NCBI GenBank assembly: GCA_036391495.1
Contig: DASVZT010000063.1
Span: forward strand, 1-38,398
Length of the DNA stretch: 38,398 bases
Direction of reading: 5' to 3'
Origin: Candidatus Limnocylindrales bacterium
GTDB lineage: Bacteria; Chloroflexota; Limnocylindria; Limnocylindrales; CSP1-4
Part shown: positions 17,902 to 25,511 of the stretch, piece by piece
How the letters are laid out: every line of letters starts with the position of its first letter
Position numbering within the stretch: position 1 is the stretch's first letter
The notes under the pieces: model-generated
The model's database searches: none
Seen by the model: only the letters and a program-made list of their open reading frames with translations
What the model was told of the DNA's origin: nothing
Program-made: the position numbers and the translations under genes

Positions 17902-19170
17902 TCACGGGGCGAGCGCCCCAAGAGGCACCACGTTGACGCCGTCCGGGCGCGTGTACCCATAGCCCCACCCCGTGATCACGTTGAGGGACTGGGCGGAGCC
18001 CTGGCGGCTCCCAACCATCCTGGCCGCGAGCGCGCGCAGAGATGCTGCGCCCTCTTCGACCTCGGACGGGCCGAGCTTCATCTCGAAGGCCGCCCATCGG
18101 CCATCGGGACATTCGACGATGGCGTCGGCCTCGATGCGGGGTTCCCGGTAGTGCATCACGTGGGCGCCCATCGCCTGGGCGTAGACGCGGAGATCGCGGA
18201 TGACCAGCGATTCGAACAACAGGCCGAGTGTGTCGACCTCGAACACCAGGCGGTCAGGATCGGCGCCCAGGGCGGCGACCGCGAGCGAGGGATCGACGAG
18301 GTGACGCTTCGGGGAGGTGCGAGCCCGGGCGTTCGCGCGCAGCGTGGGGGCCCAAGCCGGCAGATCCTCGAGCACGTAGATCCGCGTTAGGGCGTCAAGA
18401 TACGACTTCACGGTCTCTCGGTCGATGGGGTCGTCCCCGGCGCGGATGTCTTTGGCGATCGTCTGCGACTGGATGGGAGTGGCGACGTGGCGCGCCAGGG
18501 ACCGGAGCGTGCGGAGGACGTTTTCGACGTCGTGACGCGGGCCGTCGAGGCGACGGAGGTCCACGCGTGCGGTCTCACGCAGGTAGCCGCCGAGGATCGT
18601 CAGCGCCTCGTTGACGGTGCGGCCTCGCAGCGCGGGCCAGCCGCCGACTGCCACGAGCTCGGCGATGTCGCGTATGTCGAGGCCTGGGTCGCCCGCCCGG
18701 ATAGGGCCGCCGCGCAGCAGGGCATCGAGGCTGATGTCGCCACTGCTGTGGCCCATCTCCGCAAGTGTCATCGGGCGCATCATGAGGCGCAGGATCCGCA
18801 GCGCCCCACTGTGGCGGGTGTGGTCCTCGCGCGCCTCGGTGGACCCCGTGAGGATGAATGATCCCGGCCTGCCGCCGGAGACGTCGATCGCGCGGCGGAC
18901 CTGGTTCCAGACCTGCGGAACCAGCTGCCACTCGTCGATGAGCCGAGGTCGGTCGCCCTGGAGGAGAAGCGAGGCATCGAGAAGGCCGGCCTCCCGAGCG
19001 GCATCGTCGACATCGAGGAGAACCCGGCTCGCGGATCGCCGCAGGGCGGTCTCCGTCTTGCCGCAGCCGCGTGCTCCTTCGATCAGGACCGCCCCCGAGG
19101 CGCGAAGGGCAGCCGCCAACTCGGCGTCCGCGATCCTCGGCAGGTAGTCGACCGGCTCCTCGTCCACCAC
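17902..19170 (-). CDS. AAA-family ATPase with a DUF4143-type C-terminal domain (AAA_14/DUF4143 family)
   Basis: Walker A-like GARGCGKT, Walker B-like RLIDEWQ, and a C-terminal ...LLFESLVIRDLRVYA...EADAIVE segment typical of DUF4143 proteins. GTG GTG at 19170/19167 is preceded by GGAG. Confidence 0.75.
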   Translation of the reverse strand: MVDEEPVDYLPRIADAELAAALRASGAVLIEGARGCGKTETALRRSASRVLLDVDDAAREAGLLDASLLLQGDRPRLIDEWQLVPQVWNQVRRAIDVSGGRPGSFILTGSTEAREDHTRHSGALRILRLMMRPMTLAEMGHSSGDISLDALLRGGPIRAGDPGLDIRDIAELVAVGGWPALRGRTVNEALTILGGYLRETARVDLRRLDGPRHDVENVLRTLRSLARHVATPIQSQTIAKDIRAGDDPIDRETVKSYLDALTRIYVLEDLPAWAPTLRANARARTSPKRHLVDPSLAVAALGADPDRLVFEVDTLGLLFESLVIRDLRVYAQAMGAHVMHYREPRIEADAIVECPDGRWAAFEMKLGPSEVEEGAASLRALAARMVGSRQGSAQSLNVITGWGYGYTRPDGVNVVPLGALAP

Positions 19171-19184
19171 ATTGCTCCGGTATC

Positions 19185-19276
19185 CCGCACTTCGTACGAG
19201 CGGTGGACCGCAGTTTGCACGCGCTCGACACCGCACTTTGTACGTGTTTTACACCGCACTTTGCACGACGATGGCA
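19185..19276. repeat. Four direct 23-bp repeats with a conserved 14-bp core CCGCA(C/G)TT(T/C)G(T/C)ACG
   Basis: Cores at 19185, 19208, 19231 and 19254, an exact 23-bp period with variable 9-bp spacers. Locally AT-richer. They begin 15 bp upstream of the ATPase start codon. Confidence 0.85.
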
Positions 19277-19327
19277 GAGCAGTCAAGGTCCATTCGAACG
19301 CGCGCCGGCTCGGGCCCTCGCCGGCCG

Positions 19328-21811
19328 TCAGCGAACGACGACCACCGTGGCCTGGCCGCTGACTGGCTGGCTGTCGAGCTGCCCGCTCCCCGCGACGCCC
19401 CAGCCGAGGATCTCGAGTCGACTCCCCTGCCCGTCCTGTCCGGGCGGGGTCGCCCAGGCGAGGCGCCCTTCGTCCAGCGAGATGCCGCCGAGCGCGGGCT
19501 CGTCCCGCAGGAGGCTCCTGTCGAGGTCGACGCGGCCCGTCGGGGAATCGACCGTCAGGAGGCTGAGGCGACCGAGCCGCGGGTCGATCGGGTCTGCGAC
19601 CCACACAGCCAGGTGGTCGCCGGTGGAACTCCACCGCACGTCCCAGTCGGCCGGCAGCGCCCCGAGGCCATTGGTCACCGTGATCCCCGGCAGGGGCTCG
19701 GGGGCGACGAGCAGCTCGAACGGCGTGGGACCGGGCGAGAGCGAGCCCGACCCCTCCGGCATGCTGCCGGGCGGCTGTGACGCCTCGGGGAGGCCACCGG
19801 CCTGGCCGGGCGTCGAGCCGGGCGCGCCGGGCGCGGCCGGCGAAGTCGCGGGTCCGAGAGGAGCCGGCGAGGTCATCTCGGGCACGCTCCCCGTGTCCGA
19901 GGGCCCAGGTGCGACGCTCCCATCCGATACCGAGGTCCCGTCGCTGAGCGCCGGCAACGACGGCAGCGGGGGCAGGAGGAAGGTCCCGTCAGAGCTCGAC
20001 ACGCCGGCGAATGCAGCCCACGGGGCGATGGCGAAGCCACCGTCGAGGGGGACCCACGCGAGCGTCGCCGGGTCGAGCGTGACGTGGCCGTCCCAGTAGA
20101 CGACCCAGCGCTCCGACGGGTCGACGATCGGCCTCCAGCCCGGAAGCGCCAGGTCGGCGCGGCCCCCGGAGGCGGGATCGAGGAGGAAGGAGACGGGCAT
20201 TGCCACGGGCCCGACGGGCGACGGGGCGGGCGACGCGATCCCGGTCGATCCGTCCATCGAGCCTCCCGGCCCGGGCTCCACGGAGGACGACACCGGGGTC
20301 GCCGTCGGCTCGGGCGCCTGGGATGGCCGGGGCGTGGGCAGAGGCCGGGGCGTGGCCCGGGGTGTGGGCGCCGGCGTCGTCGGACCCGCCGGCCCCGCCG
20401 GCCCCGTCGGACCCGTCGGCCCCGTCGGACCCGGAGTGCCTCCACCGGCGCTCGGCGAGCCCGACTCCGGGACGGTCGTCCCATCGCTGGCGCCCACCGC
20501 GGTGCCGCCCGTCGACTCCACCTCGGCGCGGCTGCCGAGGATGAGATCGCCGAGCCACGAGGCGAAGACGGATCGATGATCGCTCGTGATCGGGCGCGCC
20601 TGTGCGTCGCCGACCCGCCAGGCCCAGATATCGGTCCCGCTCGTGCCATCCGCGGCTCGGGCGGTGAAGGCGAACCAGGCCCCATCGGGCGAGTAGGCCA
20701 TCGTCTCGCCGACGACGACGATACCGGTGGCGATCGCCAGCGCGCTGCCGTCCGTCGCCGACCCTGTCGAGGCCGACGGCTCGGAGGCGAAGCCCGACCC
20801 TGACGCGAGGGGCGATCCCGATGCGACGGCCGATCCCGATGCGAGGGGCGGCTCGACGTCCGTCGCCGACGGCGTCGGGGTCGTTGCCGCGCTCGGCGTT
20901 CGTGACGGCCTCCCTGCAGGTGGAACCGTCGAGACCGGCGAGGGCCAGGCGGACGGCGGGGAGACCATGGCGTCGCCGGGTTCGCCCGTCCCGCTCGGGC
21001 CGGGCGTCGACGGTGGACTCGCGATCGCGATGACGGTCGGGCTCGAGGACGACGCGGCGGGCGAGGACGTCGGGGCGCTCACGGGCGTCGGAAGCCGGAC
21101 CATGTAGATGGTCCCACCGACCGACGTCGTTGCCGCGTCGAGGACGGCCAGCTGCGCGCCGCCGGGCGAGCGGAGCACGGCACGCGGAGCTGCGGACAGT
21201 CGCAAGCGCTGCCGCGACGCGCCGTCGACCGGCGCGCAACCCTCGGCGCCGGCCGGGCAGACGTCGGCGACCGCGACGACATTCAGCGCGTACGTTCCGT
21301 CGTCCTGTGGCGTGAACCACGCGACGTTCGCGGCCTCGACCGGCACCGGCGAGGGGACGGCCGCGGCGGATGGGAGGGGCGTCGTCACGGTGGGTGCGAC
21401 CGGCGCGCCGGTGGAGAGGAGCGTCGAGCCGACGACGACCGCGACGACCGCGGCGACGGCCAGGACCCCGTACGACGCGAGAGTGACCGGTCCGAGACGG
21501 GTGCCGGCGCGGCGCGAGCGGCGGGCGGCGGGCCGCCGTCGATCCTCCTCGTCGAGGGCCGCCGCCGTTCGCGCCCAGAGGTCGCGCGGCAGCGGCGGAG
21601 CGGCGGTCCGTCCGGCCCGGAGCGTCAGCGCGTCGCGCTCGTAGGCGGCGGCGATCGCCGCGCACTCGGCACAGCTCGCGAGGTGATCGTCCAGCCAGTC
21701 GGCATCGAGCGGCGCGAGCGCGTCAGAGAGGCGTTCGGCGGCCAGGCGGCGGGCGCGCTCGTGGTCGGTCGTGAAGCGGTGGCGGAGCCGGGCCCGGCGG
21801 AGGTGGCTCAT
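19328..21811 (-). CDS. Large anti-sigma factor: zf-HC2, one TM helix, Pro/Ser/Thr-rich linkers, and PD40/TolB-like beta-propeller-type extracytoplasmic regions
   Basis: HLASCAEC (H-x3-C-x2-C). TM segment VLAVAAVVAVVVGSTLL. YSPDGAWFAFTARAADGTSGTDIWAWRV resembles PD40 repeats. ATG 21811 overlaps the sigma-factor stop (ATGA). Confidence 0.7.
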   Translation of the reverse strand: MSHLRRARLRHRFTTDHERARRLAAERLSDALAPLDADWLDDHLASCAECAAIAAAYERDALTLRAGRTAAPPLPRDLWARTAAALDEEDRRRPAARRSRRAGTRLGPVTLASYGVLAVAAVVAVVVGSTLLSTGAPVAPTVTTPLPSAAAVPSPVPVEAANVAWFTPQDDGTYALNVVAVADVCPAGAEGCAPVDGASRQRLRLSAAPRAVLRSPGGAQLAVLDAATTSVGGTIYMVRLPTPVSAPTSSPAASSSSPTVIAIASPPSTPGPSGTGEPGDAMVSPPSAWPSPVSTVPPAGRPSRTPSAATTPTPSATDVEPPLASGSAVASGSPLASGSGFASEPSASTGSATDGSALAIATGIVVVGETMAYSPDGAWFAFTARAADGTSGTDIWAWRVGDAQARPITSDHRSVFASWLGDLILGSRAEVESTGGTAVGASDGTTVPESGSPSAGGGTPGPTGPTGPTGPAGPAGPTTPAPTPRATPRPLPTPRPSQAPEPTATPVSSSVEPGPGGSMDGSTGIASPAPSPVGPVAMPVSFLLDPASGGRADLALPGWRPIVDPSERWVVYWDGHVTLDPATLAWVPLDGGFAIAPWAAFAGVSSSDGTFLLPPLPSLPALSDGTSVSDGSVAPGPSDTGSVPEMTSPAPLGPATSPAAPGAPGSTPGQAGGLPEASQPPGSMPEGSGSLSPGPTPFELLVAPEPLPGITVTNGLGALPADWDVRWSSTGDHLAVWVADPIDPRLGRLSLLTVDSPTGRVDLDRSLLRDEPALGGISLDEGRLAWATPPGQDGQGSRLEILGWGVAGSGQLDSQPVSGQATVVVVR
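20379..20433. repeat. 9-bp tandem repeat encoding (GPT/GPA)n in the anti-sigma linker
   Basis: ggccccgtc/ggacccgtc units read directly. They encode GPTGPTGPTGPAGPAGPT. Confidence 0.8.
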
Positions 21812-22383
21812 CGGGAGCGGTCCCGGGCCGATTCGGCCGCCCGTTCCTCGGCGAGCGCCTGCCGCAGGCTCTCGCGTGCCCGCGTCAGGAGCGCCCGGGC
21901 GGCGACATGGCTGACGCCCAGTGCCGAGGCGAGCTCGAGGCCCGTCAGCTCGTGGAGCTCGGCCAGCAGCAGCGCTGCGCGCTGGCGCTCGGGGATGCGG
22001 AGGAGGGCGCGCTCGAGGTCGGCCGAGAGGTGCAGGTCCATCACCGTCCGCTCGGCGGAGACCGCCGAGCCGCGGGACTCGCCGGTCCAGGGCAGGAAGC
22101 GGATGATCCGCCGCCGGCGGATCTCGTCGAGCGCGATCCGGTGGGCGATCTGGTAGAGCCAGGCACGGGCGTGGCCGCGGTCCTCGAGCGAGTCGTACGC
22201 CCGGTACGCCTTCACGAACGTGTCCTGCGTCATGTCCGCAGCCAGCTCCGGTTCGCGCATCATCCGGAAGAGGTAGGCGTGGATCTCGGGGCTGTGGAGC
22301 GCATAGAGCCGCTCGATCGCGAGGCGCGCGTCCTCGTCGCGGACGGCGGCGACGTCCCGGCCGTCGGCCCGCTCGTCGGTCAT
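21808..22383 (-). CDS. ECF-family RNA polymerase sigma factor
   Basis: Region 2 (DMTQDTFVKAYRAY...AWLYQIAHRIALDEIRRR) and region 4 (IPERQRAALLLAELHELTGLELASALGVSHVAARALLTRAR). ATG at 22383 is preferred over the listed 22476. Confidence 0.85.
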   Translation of the reverse strand: MTDERADGRDVAAVRDEDARLAIERLYALHSPEIHAYLFRMMREPELAADMTQDTFVKAYRAYDSLEDRGHARAWLYQIAHRIALDEIRRRRIIRFLPWTGESRGSAVSAERTVMDLHLSADLERALLRIPERQRAALLLAELHELTGLELASALGVSHVAARALLTRARESLRQALAEERAAESARDRSR

Positions 22384-22561
22384 GCGATCGATGACGGGAC
22401 GCACCAGCGGGGCCAACGGCGGCACTGCGCCGGCCCGACCGTGGACCGGGATCGCTGACAGCTGGCCGAAGGGCATCCGGACTCCGTGACCTGACGGGAC
22501 GCAGGTGGATGGATCGTCCCCCGAGATGGAGGGACGGCGGGCGCTGTCCTCATGTGACGCG

Positions 22562-23557
22562 TCACCGCTCGACGTCGTCCGTCCGCCGCCTGGCCTGGCG
22601 GAGGAGCCGGTCGACCGCCTCCTCGGGGGCGATGGGGTTGACCGGCAGGCCGGTCCCGAGCTCGAGGCCGCCGATCGCCCGGAGCCGGGGGTGGATCTCC
22701 CAGTGCCAGTGATAGGTCTCGTCGACCCGCTCGCGCAGCGGAGCGGTGTGAAGGACCAGGTTGTACGGAGGGCCCGCGAACGTGGCGATCATGCCGAGGA
22801 CCTGTCGGAGCGCCTCGGCCGTCGAGGCGAGATCCGCATCGGTCGCCCGCGAGAAGTCGGCGTCGTGCCGGCGCGGGAGGACCCAGACCTCGAACGCCGA
22901 TCGCGAGGCGTATGGCGCGAAGGCGACGCTCCCCTCGTCCTGCCACACGAGGCGCTCGCCGCGGGCGACTTCCTCGCGCACGAGGCGGCAGAAGGGGCAC
23001 TCCCCGTTCTTGATGACGAAGCGCGCGGCTCCACCGACCTCTTCCGCGACGCGATGGGGCAGCTGCGGCAGGTCGTACAGGTCGAGGCAGAGATGGTTGC
23101 TCATCGCCCCGGCCTCGGCGCCGTAGTTCTGGACCACCTCGACGTACTCGGTCTGGCCGACCTGGCGCGCCGCCGCCACCTCCGAGCGGCACACGGCGAG
23201 GAGCTCGTGGATCGTCTCCCTGCCGACGGCATGGAGCGCGCGGTGCTCGCCGGGCCGGGCGACCACGGTCTTCCAGCTGCCGCTCGCGCGCGCTCGGGTG
23301 AGCGCCACCTGGGCGACGCTCCGGTCGAGGACGGCCGCCTCGTCCTCGGTCCCGACGAGGTTGAACGCGAAGTCCTTGAGCGTCCGGACGCGGATGCCGT
23401 CGCCGGGCGGCGTCGAGCAGTTGGCGCAGACGTTGTCGTCGCGGACGGCGCCCGCGGTCCGCTCGAAGCGGGCCGGATCGAACTGGCGGTCGACGACGAC
23501 GGCGACCCACCAGCCGGTGATGGCGTCCTTGCGGAGCTCGAACAGGCCGGCCGACAT
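22562..23557 (-). CDS. GalT-like (galactose-1-phosphate uridylyltransferase / HIT superfamily) nucleotidyltransferase homolog
   Basis: N-terminal CxxC (CANC), mid NYGAEAGAMSNH..., CPFC, and C-terminal YHWHWEIHPRL..GGLELGTG follow the GalT half-barrel pattern. ATG 23557 shares 1 nt with the lipB stop. Confidence 0.6.
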   Translation of the reverse strand: MSAGLFELRKDAITGWWVAVVVDRQFDPARFERTAGAVRDDNVCANCSTPPGDGIRVRTLKDFAFNLVGTEDEAAVLDRSVAQVALTRARASGSWKTVVARPGEHRALHAVGRETIHELLAVCRSEVAAARQVGQTEYVEVVQNYGAEAGAMSNHLCLDLYDLPQLPHRVAEEVGGAARFVIKNGECPFCRLVREEVARGERLVWQDEGSVAFAPYASRSAFEVWVLPRRHDADFSRATDADLASTAEALRQVLGMIATFAGPPYNLVLHTAPLRERVDETYHWHWEIHPRLRAIGGLELGTGLPVNPIAPEEAVDRLLRQARRRTDDVER

Positions 23558-24336
23558 CAGGCGACCGGCCGCTCAGGCGGGGCCGGCCGCCCCGGCCCGG
23601 CCGTCGGCGCGTCCCAGGCGAGCGCCGCCCCGAGATGCCGGGCGAGTGCAGGCGCGAAGGCGGCGGCCGCCCGCTCGACGTCCGCCGTGGACGGCGCCGT
23701 CACGGGCCAGCCGGCCTCCTTCGCGATCGACGTCGAGGCGACGCCCGGCATCCCGCACGGATCGATCAGGTCGAAGTCGCGCAGGTCGACCGAGACGTTC
23801 AGCGCAATCCCGTGATAGCTGACGCCCCGTTCGACGCGGATGCCGAGGGCCCCGATCTTGCGCGGCCGCGGGCCCACCGGATCGCACCAGCAGCCGGGAT
23901 GGCCCTCGCGCCGCGCCGCGTCCACGCCGAAGGCGGCGCACGTGTCGACCAGCGCGGCTTCGAGCGCGCGCACGAGCGGACGCAGGAGCAGCCCCCTGCG
24001 CTCGAGCGCGAGGATCGGGTAGGCCACGAGCTGGCCGGGACCGTGGTAGGTCACCTCGCCACCGCGCTCGACCCGGACGACCTCGATGCCGCGCTCCGCC
24101 AGGAGCGGCTCCGGCGCGATGACGTGCGTCTCGTCCGCGTTCCGGCCGAGTGTCAGGACGGGGTCGTGCTCGAGCAGCAACAGCTGGTCATCGATCTCGC
24201 CGGCAGCTCGCTGCGCGACCAGGCGATGCTGGAGCTCCCACGCGTCGCGGTACCGGACGCGACCGAGCCACTGCGCGTGGAGCGGTTGCCCGGCGGCCGG
24301 TGGCGCCGCGAGCGCGCGATCGACAGTGGCGTCCAC
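23557..24336 (-). CDS. lipB: Octanoyltransferase (lipoyl(octanoyl) transferase)
   Basis: LLLEHDPVLTLGR, RGGEVTYHGPGQLVAYPIL, KIGALGIRV and YHGIALNV are LipB motifs. A GTG start at 24336 is proposed; the listed ORF extends to 24744 across the divergent gene and is unlikely. Confidence 0.8.
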   Translation of the reverse strand: MDATVDRALAAPPAAGQPLHAQWLGRVRYRDAWELQHRLVAQRAAGEIDDQLLLLEHDPVLTLGRNADETHVIAPEPLLAERGIEVVRVERGGEVTYHGPGQLVAYPILALERRGLLLRPLVRALEAALVDTCAAFGVDAARREGHPGCWCDPVGPRPRKIGALGIRVERGVSYHGIALNVSVDLRDFDLIDPCGMPGVASTSIAKEAGWPVTAPSTADVERAAAAFAPALARHLGAALAWDAPTAGPGRPAPPERPVA

Positions 24337-24517
24337 GCCGGCACGATAGCAGGGCGCGCTCACCACGGACGTCCGGCCGGACAGCCGATTGCCGGGAAGA
24401 CTGTTCGCGAGGGCTCCGGCGACGCCATACTGCGGCCACTCGACCGCGGCCGGTCCGCGGCCAGGGATCGCGATAGCGGAACCAGGGAGACGAGCCCGTG
24501 CACGGAGCCTTGCGCCG

Positions 24518-25456
24518 ATGAGGATCTTCTTCTCGACCGACATCCACGGCTCGGAGATGTGCTGGCGGAAGTTCCTCAACGCGGCGCGGTTCCACGAGTC
24601 GGACGTCCTCGTGATGGGCGGCGACATGACCGGCAAGGCGATGGTGCCCATCGTCAGCCGATCCGGCGGCTGGGTCGTCACCCTGCAGGAGGAGCGCCAC
24701 GAGCTCGCCACCGAGGACGAGGTGCGGGCGATGGAGAAGCGCATCTCGGACCGCGGCTACTACCCCGTCCGCGTCGCCGACGACGAGCTCGCCGCGTGGA
24801 CCGAGGATCCGGCTCTCGTCGATCGGCGCTTCAAGGCGGAGATCGTCCGCGGCGTGGAGCGCTGGATGGCGATGGCCGACGAGCGCCTGGCAGGATCCCG
24901 GACGCGCTGCATCGTCTCGCCGGCGAACGACGACATCTTCGAGATCGACCCGATCATCGATGCCGCAAGCCAGGTGGAGCTGGGCGAGGCGAACACGATC
25001 GACCTCGACGGATTCCGGCTGGTCTCGACCGGATGGTGCAACCCGACGCCGTGGAAGACGTTCCGCGAGCTCGAGGAGCCCGAGCTGCGGGCGCGCATCG
25101 ACGAGCTCGTCTCCACGGCGGGCGACCCCAAGCGTCTCATCTTCAACTTCCACGCACCGCCGTTTCGCTCCAACCTGGACAACGCGCCCAAGCTCGACGC
25201 GGAGATGAAGTACGTCGCCGGGGGACAGGCGCTCATCCCGGTCGGCTCGACCGCCGTGCGCGAGGCGATCCTCGCCTACGGCCCCCCGCTGTCACTCCAC
25301 GGGCACATCCACGAAGGCAAGGGTGCCGTGAAGATCGGGGCGACGCTCGCCGTCAATCCGGGGAGCTCCTACGAGGACGGTGTCCTCCAGGCCGCGATCG
25401 TCGACCTCGACGTGAAGAAGGGAGGCGTGAAGCGCTACCTGCTCGTGAACGGCTGA
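24518..25456 (+). CDS. Calcineurin-like metallophosphoesterase
   Basis: ATG at 24518 with GGAG 9-12 nt upstream. MRIFFSTDIHGS, LVMGGDMTGK, ...FHAPP... and LHGHIHEG are metallophosphoesterase signature blocks. Confidence 0.75.
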   Translation: MRIFFSTDIHGSEMCWRKFLNAARFHESDVLVMGGDMTGKAMVPIVSRSGGWVVTLQEERHELATEDEVRAMEKRISDRGYYPVRVADDELAAWTEDPALVDRRFKAEIVRGVERWMAMADERLAGSRTRCIVSPANDDIFEIDPIIDAASQVELGEANTIDLDGFRLVSTGWCNPTPWKTFRELEEPELRARIDELVSTAGDPKRLIFNFHAPPFRSNLDNAPKLDAEMKYVAGGQALIPVGSTAVREAILAYGPPLSLHGHIHEGKGAVKIGATLAVNPGSSYEDGVLQAAIVDLDVKKGGVKRYLLVNG

Positions 25457-25511
25457 TCGTCCGCACGGGTTGCGCGGGCCCCGGAGGGGCCTGGAGGAGG
25501 AGACAAGACTC

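Noticed and set aside
19185-19276. Possibility that the 23-bp phased repeats, or the other tandem arrays, are a CRISPR array.
   Set aside because: The conserved cores are only 14 bp with 9-bp spacers, and the other arrays have no spacers at all. This is far from the 24-48 bp repeat and spacer geometry of CRISPR. No cas genes are in the window.
22383-22476. Longer N-terminal extensions given by the ORF track for several genes: the sigma factor to 22476, lipB to 24744, pyrC to 15486, pyrE to 9492, pyrD to 11078, and the RlpA-like gene to 17960.
   Set aside because: The extensions overlap the upstream genes extensively. Internal ATG/GTG codons that form 1-8 nt stop/start overlaps (ATGA/GTGA-type or slightly longer, as at pyrC), or that are preceded by SD-like sequences, give products of canonical length.
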